Shown: positions 49,726-63,480 of the stretch, in pieces
How positions within the stretch are numbered: position 1 is the first letter of the stretch
How the letters are laid out: the number at the start of each line of letters is the position of its first letter
Assembly (NCBI GenBank): GCA_965655095.1
Contig: OZ296655.1
Location: 33,976,001-34,040,000 of the forward strand
Direction of reading: 5' to 3'
Length of the DNA stretch: 64,000 bases
Origin: Haplodiscus bocki
Lineage: Eukaryota
Made by a program: the position numbers and the translations under genes
Notes under the pieces: model-generated
What the model was told of the DNA's origin: nothing
What the model saw: the letters and a program-made list of their open reading frames with translations, nothing else
Databases searched by the model: none

Positions 49726-52700
49726 TTACAAAATCACTTGTTGTGTGTGATTTCTGTCATCCGCGAAAATCTCATTAGGATGAAAAAACATTGATTTTTG
49801 TTTAATCTGGTTTCAGCGGCAACAGTGTGGCCCTTCGTTTGAAAATTTCTTTTTTGTTGATGTTACTTTCACTGCGTCATCAAGAACCGTTCATTACTTC
49901 TATAGTGGTTTATCAGCACTCGCTTATATAGAACTTCGCTGCTGAATTGTAACTCCTTAGAAGCAGTATAGCAGCAGCAAAAACTAATACTACAAAAGCA
50001 GGACTTCTGAGCAACTGAATTCTTCTGTGAAGAGAGCCGGTTTTCTCTTGCCTAGTGTTTGTGTTTTGTGCAGCAAATTTGGGGAAAAAAAGGTTTCCTT
50101 GTGCATCTTCCATGAAACTGTTGACACAATCACTGGATTGTATTTTCTCCCATTGTTTTCATTTCAGATGGAATAGGAGTGGTGAGGGTATTTCAACAAG
50201 CAAACAAAGGAAAATTTCTATCTTTTTCCATCTCTAAATCGTTCACATCACAGAAATCATCAAAGTTATAGAGCTTCAATCACCGTAGTTTAACATATTC
50301 AACAACAGGAAATCTAGCAATAACAGGCTTCTTGTGTTTACCTTCTAAACTTGCAAGGTCTATTTCGTACAATTGGTGATCCACATGACTTAGTTTTTTG
50401 AAAATCTTACCTTATGTAGCGGAGTGAAATTTCTCCTCGTTCAGGTACTTTGTTACCGTGTCGCCTGCAATCCATAATTTGAAAATTATCGAAGGCCATC
50501 GTTAGCAGCTTCCTTGTCTCAGCGACTATACTCTTCAAATTGGAGTTTCGCACCTGGTCGAGTGGCATCTCCAATTGTTTGTTCAAAGTTGATGAAACAA
50601 TTCTCCAGAGTACATTCAACGAAGCGGTGTAAAAGCATACGGGCGAGATGTGGTTCAAAAAACAGAAGCAGAGGACCGATGAATCTTTCGTTTGGGAATT
50701 TGAAGCTTGAATTTAACGTTTTCGATGCTGAAACATCAACGACCTTTTTCTGCTTACCTTCTCGTCAGCATTCCAATAACGTTGCGACTGACTGAATCGT
50801 TTTTGAAAACAGAACGCAATTTTGCCAAATGCAACTTCAAGCAGTGGAAAACGTCTGTGTTGCATTAAAGATGATCAAACAGCTTTCCACTTTTCATTTC
50901 CCCAAGTGTCAAAAAACTGCAAGCGAACGCCTGTAAGGAAACTCTTCTCGTACGTGTTCTTTAGTACTAGTATCTAGTTGGTTTAGTCTCCACCATTCAC
51001 ACTCCCACCTTCCAGCCATTGTGATGCTTTTCCTTTTTGTACATTTCCACCGTTTTCTCTACGAGTTGGCTCTTTTCAATACCACGTTGGATATTTCCTT
51101 TAGTGAGAAGGGTGTAAATCCTGACACGGCCGAAAATGATAGAAGCAAACCATAGTTTCGAAAACAATATTGCAATGACAACAAAACTCATCGACACTGA
51201 AGCAGTCAATTTGTTCTGATTTCCTGAGGCAATTGAAGCTTTCACTTTTGCAATCGGGTCTCATGCTAGGGAAATATGAGGTTAGCATATTTTCAAAACT
51301 ACCGTCCTTGCTCTGTCGTGGCATGATTCGGCTGGTCTCCGTATAAATATCTTCCAGTGTCTAAAATCCCGTTGGCGTAGGCCGACACACTGATCACAGA
51401 TATAGTTGAGTAGCATCACTTCCAACATTTGTTTGGCATAGATTGTTCATTTGCCAAAAAATCTCGTCAACGGCTGTTTCACGCGTAAACACAATAGATG
51501 CCCCACCTGCTACGTATTTCCAGACTTTTTGCAATTTTTTTTAAGTTTTTCAGTGAATTGACAAAGTTCTGCGTGTTCCAATTTGTGTAGACGAGCATGG
51601 ACTAGGTTGGGTTAAGTTCAGCCAAGCTTGAACATATCAATACCTTTGTCGTGGTAAAAAACAGCCCTCTTTTGCAGTTTCTCCAGAATGGGGACAGCGC
51701 TCATCTTGTTACACCAATGCAAAAAGTCTCCGAAATAATTCATCTCTTCCTGCTCTCAATTATTTCAAGAACTGATGATTGTGAACTACTGTAGATGGCA
51801 GTTTCGATGGCTTCATTCTGACAACCACTTGTTCTGCTGTCTTTTCATTTTCCACTATATTGACACTTTTTGTGTAGCCTGCTTCGAGAAGATTACAGCC
51901 ACGCAATTTCCAGTGAACAGCGTCATTTGGATAGAGTTCTGTGCTTTGTACTTTGTCAGAGTGATCGCATCATTAAAAAAAAAAGATCCTTTTGTATCAG
52001 AAGTTTTGTATGCTATGAAAAAAGAATCAAGGGTTGTTGATCCGCCAAAAAATCAAAATCTAAGCGTTAAAAGTCACCAAACTTGAAAGAGTTGTACTTG
52101 TTTGCTTCAAAATTAACCATCGGTTCAAAATCTTGCTCATTGACAGGTATAGGTATTAAACGGAACTTGATTAAATTGACACCATGAGTTGCACTGTTGA
52201 AAACAAAGACGGACAACTTGTCGAAGTAACTTTGCAAAACTTCTTGCATGCCAAATCGTTGTTTTTTCTGTTTTCTGAATAACTGAGCAGAAGAAAAATT
52301 GTCATGACCCCACCACCTCGGTTATGATGCTGGGTAAGTGTGGTTCATCCAAACTTTTTCTTCATGGTGGTGTCAAAGTTCAACAAGGAGTTTTCCATTT
52401 GTGCTTGGCTATTGTATGCTCAAAATTCAAGAGTTGCTATAAGAACGCAACAAATAATAGGGATGAGAATTGCGTAGAAAAGTTGGTTCCGCGATCCAAA
52501 TTGACAAGATGGAGCACATGATTGGACTTTGTTTTCCAACCCAGTTTGTTTTATCTTTGTTTTAAAACTTTTTTCTGGCACGCGTAAAAATTCAAACTCA
52601 GACAACTTAGTGTTTTCAGAAGCGTCTGCTCGTTCATGTTCTCCCTTCCAAAAAGTCCAATTTGTCGAAAGACGTTTTTTGCACTTAAAATCAATTCTTA

Positions 52701-53978
52701 GGATCGACTTTTTAACTCCTTCACTGCATTCACTTGAACGTCGAACGTCGCTCCTCATTCGGCACTGTTAGTGAGAGTTTCAAAACTTTAAGCAAACCTT
52801 TTGTTCACAACATTGTTGGTAGAGGACAAATACAGTTGTTGAATCTCAAAAGTCCCACATTTTTCTGGTGTTTCTGCACACATCGTTGAGCAACTATACT
52901 TCTTTTCATCTCACCTACAATTTCATTTTCAAAAGGAAAAAGTTCAAGAGAAGATGATCTTCAACTATCGGTTGTCTAAACGAACACGTTGAAATTGTTC
53001 AGATTTGCATACTTCGATCTGGTGACGAGTTGTATGAAAACCTTCTATATTTCGTTTTTCCAATTTTTTGTGACATCGTAAATTGAGAGCAAATGCTCTA
53101 AAGTGACACTAATTGTCGTTACAACGTGGTCTAGTTTTTCCCTCAAACGTGAGACAACTTTTTCAAAAATGGGTTGGTGTGAAACAACATCTCTGCAATC
53201 CAATGCCTCATCTTTGGCAGAGGAAGAACGCATATTTTCGGGTTGTCAACTTGAATAACCTCCAGGTTACGATGGTTCTCTATATTTTTTATAACACCAT
53301 TCAATTGCATCCATTTTATTCCCAACTTCGTTCAGCTTTGTGGTAGTTTTTTCGGTACACAGAAGTCTCGATCAATCTAGCAACGTTTAGTTTTCGTGTG
53401 CATGGAAAAGTAGAAAAATCTGAAGTTTCCAGTTTTTACAATTTTCAAATTGATTTAAAATGCCAGATTCACTTTGGTTGCCAACACAGTTTCCTGAAAA
53501 CTTGATCGCAGTCAGTTTTTTTCCTCATTTTTCGTAGTAAGTTTTTCTATTGCTTGATAAAACACTTTGGGTCTAGCCGTCTCAATGTCACAATCGAAAC
53601 GAAATTTCTAACAGGGGATTGTAGTTTTTCTTGAGGTTTTTGTTGACCACAACTTCTACCTTTAGATTTCCATGAGTCTGTTCTTGCTCCACACTTTTTC
53701 TCAAGTTTTGTGCTGGTTTTGTCATAACAAATTGAGTAGAATATGGGAACTTTTTCTTTGCATTCTTGACAATCGTGTGTAAATTTAGGTTTCGATGAAC
53801 TGTGAGTCTTGGCCACATGGTAATTCCAGTCAAGCCGGGATGAAAAATTGGAAGACTGCTTACAATAAAGTGTCAAAGTTAATATTTTCTCATGTGCTGT
53901 CCCATAATGCTTCTTCTGATTGGTGTTACAACTTTTCCTCAAGTACTTTCTTCGATGCAATTCAGAAAGGCATTTCAA
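49726..53978 (-). pseudogene. pPolB pseudogene, copy C (the only copy with the N-terminal Zn-finger-like region)
   Basis: It has the same motifs plus LYCKQSSNFSSRLDWNYHVAKTH..HDCQECKE at 53547-53978. Confidence 0.83.
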
Positions 53979-56900
53979 TGAAGAATTAGTAACATGATAT
54001 TCTGAGACGAAGAAGTCCCTTATAAAATAACCAACTGGACAGTATCAACGGAAGAGAAGGGACAAGTGGTAAAATTGTGGAAAAAACTGTTTTTGCGCGA
54101 TTAATATATATAGAAAAACCCTAAAAGAAAAATTCAAACATGAGAATGAAAGGAAACGTGTAATGAAATTACCATGGAAGGAAGGTCTAGTTTGCATAAT
54201 AAGAAAGAAAACTCATGATAACACTGCAACCTTCCGACTTTGATACCAACGACGAAAAGTGAAATTTCAAATAATTGAGACTATCGTCCCATTCCTTGGT
54301 GACAATATGTCTGAAAAAAAATTCACACTGATCAATCGTTCCGTGAGGTGGTGAAAATCTTTCCGAGAAAACTATTCTAGTCGAATGGTTTTTTTTCTAG
54401 CGGAGACTACTCGTCTGACAAAAAGAATTAAAAAAACGAATTTACAAAGAGTAAAGAGTTAATCTGAGAAATGAATCGAGTTCCTGGATGGAAAACCAAT
54501 GAACAATAAGAATTGTAGTTAAGTTTCAAGGAAACCTACCACAGAAGAACATTTTCTGCGCAGCAATCACCTGGTGAAAACAAAACGTTTTCCTTACATG
54601 GAGTTTCCTTGCCTTTTCATTCCTCGACATATGTTCTTGATTTGCACATTTTTCAAATTGTTTCCAGAGTCTAGAATTTGTTTAAGTTCTACTGCGACAA
54701 ACGTTCATCAGCGGAGTCAATAGTTTGCATCAAAACAAGTAGTTTTTGTATATTGACACTTTTTCGACAGTCTATCCGCAAGAGAAATGTGTATTTTAAC
54801 AGGCCAACAACTGCAAATTTCTTGGTTTTTACTGAGTAAAAAAGGTCCAAATGTCAAGTTTCGAATGCAAGTTTTTTCTAACACCTTGATTCTTTCAGGA
54901 AAACTTCTACTTCAGATTGTAACACATTGCGAAAAACTTCACGGGAATACTGACACGTTGTAGAAAATGCGTTTCAAAATCTGATGTGTTGAAAATTTCT
55001 CTGATTTAACACCTGCTTTTTTGAAACAATGAGAAGCTCTAGTTTTTGAAAGATGCCTTCTCACTAGAATCTGAGTGTTGCAGAAAAAATACTTTTCCAG
55101 ATTTGTGCTTTCCAAAAAAAAACAGACTCACAAATTACACGAAATCGCTTTTCTACTGAAAATGAAGAAAACGTGAATTTTGAGATGCACATTCTCCTTG
55201 AAAAAGCGATTTTCTCAAATCAATTTTATTTCAAAACCTAGTTTCTTGAAAGTTTATATTTTTTTCGTAATCTGATTTTTTGAAAAAAATTCTTTTCGAA
55301 CTGCGACATTCTAAAACTTTTCCGGCGTAAAAATTGATACGTTCTAAGTTTTATTTGTAAAACTTTGACAAGTTGCATTTTTTCCTGTAGCAAAACCTAA
55401 AAGTTTGTGGAATTTTTGTGCTGAAATCTGATTTTTATATTTTGTTTTACGGGATTCCACTGAAAAAAAATTCTGTCGCTGAAATTGGAAACAACTTTTT
55501 CTACGGAGCAGATTTGAAAGGATTTTTTTCTGGCCATTTGCGTAAGTGTTGGGATTAGCTTTTAACGTAGCAGCAACAATCTAAACTTCTGAAGAGGTTT
55601 TCGGCGGGAATGGATCTGAAAAACAAAATGAAAGTATATCTCGCATGAAGTCCTGGAAACATCAAACAACTTCCATGTCTGGAAAACTGCGGTATCTACG
55701 GCCAAACAAGATTGACCTTACAAATGCTGAAAGTTGTTGTGTTAATGCTCAGATAGCGAAGATTCTCCCAACAACGTAAGGTATGATTCGGTTAAAGTCC
55801 TACAAAAGCAACTTCTTTCTCTGAAAAATCTTTTGTAGGAATTCTTTGTCAAGAACAACATCATCTTACGTCTTGTAGCTACTATCATGCCCAACTACTA
55901 GCGATTTATCTTGCTAAGACCAATCTACTATCAGACATCGGTGGTCGACCTTTTTTAAACATGAATAAATTTTCCCTGACTCGAGCAGCTTTGTTCAACT
56001 ATAAATCACCTCAAAACTGTGCTTTAAATCCCACAAAACTTGCAATTTTATCTATCTGACCTCCAGCTGTATGCATGGTGTCAAAATTTTGTGATGTTTT
56101 CAGTAAAACGGTTTCTTTCGTTGACATGCTATGGCTCATTGATGAGAAAAACATTGTAACTTTTTTAAGTTTCCATTGCAGTTCGAAGTTGTATTTTGAT
56201 GCTCCTGCAAAAATCAGACAAATAAACCAAGTACGTAAAATTACTTCCACGTCCAGTTAAAACTCAGTATGTAACCCAAGTCAAGACTAACGTTACTGTT
56301 TTATTGATAAAGTACAAGCCTATCATGTCTTTGTGGACCGCTACAAACTATGAAACAGAGATCCAGCAGCCCTTCTTACACACAACCACACTATAGCTAG
56401 GGATTTATTGACCATTCACTTCAAAATCCATAACTTCCACTTGACAAACCAAAAACAGATTTTTATCAGGCTTTTTTCGTTACGAAAAATGGACAAAACA
56501 GGACTGGGTAGTGTGTCAGCTTTGCATTCTATGAAAAAAAAAGATAGCCGGACGTATGAACGAACAGTTTACTGCTACACTTAAAGAATTGAGTATTTAT
56601 TGGAAACCCGGAGCAAAGTTTCGAGTTCTTCCGTTTGTGACGAAGTGTAATTGTATTTTCTTGTAGCTATTTGTTTTAGTTATTTCAATTCTTTTGATTG
56701 CTCGCTCAATTTTTTCTTGTTATTTGAAAAAGTACCTGAGAAGTCAAAACTAATCAACCACTGTCAGGTAAAGTAACACTTTCATATACACTCGAAACGT
56801 CGACCCATTTTAATAAATTGCAGAAGTTAAGCTGACCGTGAGATATATGTACACACCTTCCTCAAATTGGAGCCTCTTGGGGCTACTTCAATATTTGAAC

Positions 56901-58811
56901 AAGTCAGCTGTGTACACTATGACAAAGTCTCCGAAAACGAGTCAGTTAAACCTGACTCCATAATTTTGTACATTGCAATCGTTTGTGATCTTTAGTAAAC
57001 TTTACTGATTACCATTCCCTATCAAGGAACTTTGCTGAAAATTTTCAGCTCAGTTTGCCTATCTCGAGGCGTTTCTCGTTGCTGAGAAACCTGAACTCTA
57101 TCCTACTACCTTTACTCGGCCATACAAATCCTTACCGTACATTTGTATACCGCCGAAATATACCCTAGCTTAAAACGTTGTCGAGATGTACAGTATCGTG
57201 AAACAATGATGTCGGATTCCACCGAAAACTTGTCGGCACCCCCAACAGAATCGAGTTTTACTTAACTCAAAAACAGTCAAAATTTCTCGGCCACAGTGGA
57301 GATTCCTATCGGTTAAAATAGGCTAAACCGAGCCAACTTGCCGTGGTCTACCTTAACACATGGGAACCTCCGACCCAGCTGAGGGGTCTTCCGTAATGGA
57401 AAATATACGGGATGTAAATTTAATTTAGGCTTGTGAGTCGATAGAAAAGGACATTGAATGGTCATACAAACTATATCGAAAGTGTGGTTGTGTGTCGAAG
57501 GGACTGCTAGATCCACGTTCCAATGCTTGTAGTGTTCCACAAACATAATAGCGGCAGGCTATTCACCATTAAGAGTTACATTGATCGTTACTTGGGATAT
57601 GCAGGGCGCTTTCACAGGACGTGGAAGTGTTTTCCTTTTTTTAGTGACATGTTTGCTTTTCGTACGAGCTTCACGGTAGGACACCACACCACAACCAGAA
57701 CCTACAGAACTTACGATGGTCTTCTTGTCAGCGAGGTGCATCACGTCGTCAAAAGAAACCAACTTCTTGAAATTTTCACCAGGTTGTGTTAAACAGTTGA
57801 CTTCTGTGTTCAGGAAAGATTGAATTGAAAACTTTGTGGGATCATAAGTACATTCCTGGGTTGAGTTGCATTTGAACAAGGCTTCATGAATAAAGGTTCA
57901 GGGAAAAGTTCAGTTATCATAATTGTCAATCACCGAATTCTGATCGTAGATTGATTTAAGCAAGATAATCGATAGTGATTGAGCACAATGGTAGCTGCAA
58001 GAAGTGAGTTGATGTTGTCGACAAAGATTTTTCAAAATTATTTTTCAGAGAAGCAAGTTTTTACTTTTATACAATTTTGACTGAATCATACCTTAACTTG
58101 TTTGGGGAATCTACTTTTTTTGAGAATTAATACAACGAATTTCCGCCTTTGGAATATCTTTACTTTTTGGTAGGAGATACGGGAATTTTTCGGATATGAA
58201 AGCTGTTTGATTTTTTGAGGACTTTGTCCAAGGTGTACTTTTGTTTCGTTTTTCAGATCCACATTCCGCTGAAAACCTCTTCAACAGTTAGATTGTTGCT
58301 GCTGTGTTACAGCCTAATCCCAACAATTATGCAAATGGCCAGAAAAGTTTCCTTTCAATTCTGCTCCGTAGAAAAAGTTGTTCCCAATTTTAGCGACAGA
58401 ATTTTTATTCAGTGGAATCCCGTAAAACAAAATTAAAAATCAGAATTCAAAACAAAAATTCCACAAACTTTTGGATTTTGCTACAGGAAAAAAGCAACTT
58501 GTCAAAGTTCTCAACGCAAAACTTAAAATGTATCATTTTTTACGCCGGAAAAATTTTAAAATGTCGCAATTAGAAATGATTTTTTTTTCAAAAAATCAGA
58601 TTTTGAAAATAATATATAAATTTTCAAAGAACTAGGTTTTGATGTAGAATTGATTTGAAAAAATCGCTTTTCCAAGGAGAACTTGCATCTCTAAATTCAA
58701 GTTTTCCTCAATTTTACTCCGTAGAAACTCGATTTTGTGATTCTGTACTTTTTGAAAAGCACAAATCTGAAAAACTAAAATTTCTGCAAAAGTCAGATTC
58801 TGGTGAAAAAA

Positions 58812-61800
58812 CTGCGATCAGGTTTTCAGAAAAATGTATTGAGCAACCAAAGTGATTCTAGCATTGGCAAGCATAAGAAATGTAGAGACTGGAATCTTCA
58901 GATTATTCTACTTTTCCGTGCTCACGAAAACAAAACGTTGCTAAATTGATCGAGACTTCTGTGTACCGAAAAAACTATGACAAAGCTGACCTAAGTTGGG
59001 AATAAAAAAGATGCAATTGAATGGTGTTATAAAAAATATAGAGAACCAACGTAACCTGGAGGATGTTCAAGGAGACAACTCGAAGATATGCGTTCTTTCT
59101 GTGCCAAGGATGAGGCAATGGGTTGCAGAGATGTTGTTTCACACAAACCCTTTTTTGAAAAAGTTGTCTCACGTTTGAGAAAAAAAAGTGGACTACGTTG
59201 TAACGACAATTAGTGTCATTTTAGAGCATTCGCTCTCAGTTTATGATGTCACCAAAAATTGGAAAAGAAATATGGAAGGTTTTCATACAATTCTACACCA
59301 GATCGAAGTATGCAAACCTGAACAATTTCAACGTGTTCGTTTGGACAACCGATAGTTGAACATCATCTTCTCTTGAACTTTTTCCTTTTGAAATTGAAAT
59401 TGTAGGTGAGAACGTTAAAAGTGAAGTTGCTCAAGGATGTGTGCAGAAACACCAGAACAATGTGGGACTTTTGAGATTCAACAACCGTATTTGTCATCTG
59501 ACGATGAACAATGTTGTGAACGAAGAGTTTGCTTGTTAAAAATTTAGAACTCACTAACAGTGCCGAATGAGGAGCGACGTTCGACGTTCAAGTAAATGCA
59601 GTGAAGGAGTTAAAAAGTCGATCCCAAAAATTCATATTCAGTCCAAAAAAGTTCTTTTAACAAACTGGGGACTTTTTGAAAGGGAAAACATGAACGAGCA
59701 GACGCTTCTGAAAACACTAGTTTGTCTAAGTTTGAATTTTTACGCGTGCCAGAAAAAAGTTTTAAAACAAGGATAAAACAAACTGGGTTGGAAAACAAAT
59801 TCCAATCATGTGCTCCATCTCGTCAATTTTGATCGCGGAACCAACTTTTCTACGCAAGTCTCATCCCTATTATTTGTTGCGTTTGTATAGCAACTCTTGA
59901 ATTTTGAGACTACCATAGCCAAGCACAAATGGAAAACTAGTTGCTGAATTTTGAAACTACCTTGAATAAAAAGCATGGTTGAACCACACTTACCTAGCGT
60001 CATAACCGAGTTGGTCAGGTCACTGAAATTTCGGATGTATGTACTCAAAAACCATTGATGTCAATTGTTCTTCTGCTCAGTTTTTCCGGAAACAGAAAAA
60101 TCAACGGTTTGACATGCGAGAAGTTTCGCACAGTTACGTCGACAAATTGCCCGTCTTTTTTTTCAACATTGCAACTCATGGTGTCAATTTAATCAAGTTC
60201 CGCTTCATACCCATGTTTGTCAATGAGCAAGATTTTGAACCGATGGTTAATTTTGAAGCAAACAAGTACAACTCTTTCAAGTTTGGTGACATTTAACGCT
60301 TAGATTTTGATTTTTTGGCGGATCAACAACCCATGATTCTTTTTTCATAGCATACAAAACTTCTGATACAAAAAGATCTTTTTTTTAATGATGCGATCAC
60401 TCTGACAAAGTACAAAGCACAGAACTCTATCCAAATGACACTGTTCACTGGAAATTGCGTAGCTGTAATCTACTTGAAGCAGGCTACACAAAAAGTGTCA
60501 ATGTAGTGGAAAATGAAAAGACAGCAGAACAAGTTGTTGTCAGAATGAAGCCATCGAAACCGCCATCTACAGTAGTTCACAATCATCAGTGCTTGAAATA
60601 ATTGAGAGCAGGAAGAGATGAGTTCATTCGGAGACATTTTGCTTCGGTGCAACAACATGAGCGTTGTCCCCTTTCTGGAGAAAATGCAAAAGAGGACTGT
60701 TTTTACCACGACAAAAATATTGACATGTTCAAGCTTGGTTGAACGTACGTTACCCAACCTAGTCCATGCTCGTCTACACAAATTGGAAGACGCAGAACTT
60801 TGTCAATTCACTGAAAAACTTAAAAAAAAATTGCAAAAAGTCTGGAAATACGTAGCAGGTGGGGCATCTATTGTGTTTACGCGTGAAACAGCCGTTGACG
60901 AGATTTTTTGGCAAATGAACAATCTATGCCAAACAAATGTTGGAAGTGATGCTTCTCAACTATATCTGTGATCAGTGTGTCGGCCTACGCCAACGGGATT
61001 TTAGACGCTTGAAGATCTTTATACGGAGACCAGCAGAATCATGCCACGACAGAGCAAGGACGGTAGTTTTGAAAATATGGTAACCTCATATTTCCCTAGC
61101 ATGAGACCCGATTGCAAAAGTGAAAGCTTCAATTGCCTCAGGAAATCAGAACAAATTGACTGCTTCAATGTCTATGAGTTTTGTTGTCAATGCAATATTG
61201 TTTTCGAAACTATGGTTTGCTTCTATCATTTTCGGCCGTGTCAGGATTTACACCCTTCTCACTAAAGGAAATATCCAACGTGGTATTGAAAAGAGCTAAC
61301 TCGATGAGAAAACGGTGGAAATGTACAAAAAGGAAAAGCATCACAATGGCTGGAAGGTGGGAGTGTGAATGGTGGAGACTAAACAAACTAGATAATAGTA
61401 CTAAAGAACACGTAAAAGAAAAGTTTCCTTACAGGCGTTCGCTTGCAGTTTATTGACACTTGGGGAAATGAAAAGTGGAAAGCTGTTTGGTCATGTTGAA
61501 TGCAAAACAGACGTTTTCCACTGGTTGAAGTTGCATTTGGCAATGTTGGGTTCTATATTAAAAAACGATTCAGTTAGTCGCAACGTTATTGGACTGCTGA
61601 CGAGAAGGTCAGCAGAAAAAGGTCGTTGATGTTTCATCATCGAAAACGTTAAATTCAAGCTTCAAATTCCCAAACGAAAGATTCATCGGTCCTCTGCTTC
61701 TGTTTTTTGAACCGCATCTCGCCCGTATGCTTTTACACCGCTTCGTTGAATGTACTCTGGAGAATTGTTTCATCAACTTTGAACAAACAATTGGAGATGC

Positions 61801-62639
61801 CACTCGACCATGTGCGAAAATCCAATTTGCAGAGTATAGTCGCTGAGACAAGGAAGCTGCTAACGATGGCCTTCGATATTTTTCAAATTATGGATTGGAG
61901 GCGACACGGTAACAAAGTACTTGAACGAGGAGAAATTTCACTCCGCTATATAAGGCAGGAGTTTCAAAAAACTAAGTCATGTGGATCACCAGTTGTACGA
62001 AATAGACCTTGCAAGTTTAGAAGGTAAACACAGGGAGCCTGTTATTGCTAGATTTTCTGTTGTTCAATATGTAAAACTACGGAAATTGAAGCTGTATAAC
62101 TTTGTTGATTTCTGTCATGTGAACTACTTATAGATGGAAAAAGGATACAATTTTTCCTTTGTTTGCTTGTTGAAATAAACTCACCACTCCTATTCCATCT
62201 GAAATGAAAACATTGGGAGAAAATATAATCCAGTGACTGTGTCAACAGTTTCATGGAGGATGCACAAGGAAACTTTTTTTCCCCAAACTTGCTGCACAAA
62301 ACACAAAAACTAGGCAAGAGAAAACCGGCTCTCTTCACAGAAGAATTCAGTTGCTCAGAAGTCCTGCTTTTGTAGTATTAGTTTTTGCTGCTGCTATACT
62401 GCTTCTAAGGAGTTACAATTCAGCAGCGAAGTTCTATATAAGCGAGTGCTGATAAACCACTATAGAAGTAATGAACGGTTCTTGATGACGCAGTGAAAGT
62501 AACATCAACAAAAAAGAAATTTTCAAACGAAGGGCCACACTGTTGCCGCTGAAACCAGATTAAACAAAAATCAATGTTTTTTCATCCTAATGAGATTTTC
62601 GCGGATGACAGAAATCACACACAACAAGTGATTTTGTAA
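58812..62639 (+). pseudogene. pPolB pseudogene, copy D (inverted)
   Basis: It shows YVAGGASIVFTRETAVDE..NVGSDASQLYL (motif A), ETRKLLT (motif B remnant) and MEKDTIF (decayed DTDS). The stop is at 62637-62639. Confidence 0.87.
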
Positions 62640-62929
62640 ATTACGTAGTCTATCAAGAAAACTTTGCTTTATTTTTCTTGCTTTTATCACGGCAAATAAC
62701 GTTTTGAAATTCCTTGAGCTTATCGTTCCAGCACAACTCATAGCAACTAGGCAAATTTTACTTTCCAATGTTTGTGAGATCCTCAGATTCAAAATTTCAA
62801 GATAAGTTTGCGAGTAATACAATGCATTTGGCAGTTTTCTTCACTTTCTAATCAACTTTTTATAAACTTTGGATCAAGTTCATTTTAGTTTTGAGCAACA
62901 TCAGTGTGTAAAAACTTAATAAATAACCG

Positions 62930-63480
62930 AAGGAGTAATAATTTATCAGCAGGCGTGATACACTAACTGTTCGGCGGTGGCCGGGTACAGGTAAGCTGGA
63001 TTATTTTGAAAATGTCTTGCGTTACACTAATTAGGTCATAAAGCCCTTCTTCGTATCAATAAACTTCGCAAAACCCGGTAGCCTGTACTAATGCATTACC
63101 GATCTCTGTTCCCTATCTTGAAAAAATTTTCGAATATCATTCTTTATCTTGATACACCACCGAAAATTATTCCCTATCTTTATCCATTGCCGAAAACACT
63201 CGGCTCGGATATCACTTATCTTTATCCATTGACTTTTGCAGAGAGCTGAGACACATTCACAACCTTGATAAATTGTTCAATGAGACCCTATCTTGACAAA
63301 ATTCCGGAGTGTACCCTATCTTAATACATTACCGTCGCCCACAACCGGATGAGCTGCCAATCAAAACCATCGTTGACCAACCGGGACCGAGCATTGTCTA
63401 ACGCAATTAGGCTCGCCAAGAGGCTATACCCCATCTTGATACATCAACACGCCACCTGATCGACTCACCTATTTGCTACT
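62930..63480 (-). repeat. Right Polinton terminal region (diverged inverted repeat)
   Basis: The reverse complement begins AGTAGCAAATAGGTGAGTCGATCAGGTGG and is colinear with the left end. Confidence 0.78.

Larger units (their letters stand above)
36900..63480. mobile_element. Polinton/Maverick-derived composite (26.6 kb): terminus, 3 tandem units, 1 inverted unit, terminus
   Basis: The ends are inverted homologues: AGTAGTAGATAGGTGAATCGATCAGGTGG (36900) and CCACCTGATCGACTCACCTATTTGCTACT (63480). Four pPolB pseudogenes lie between them. No integrase or capsid was recognised. Confidence 0.82.
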
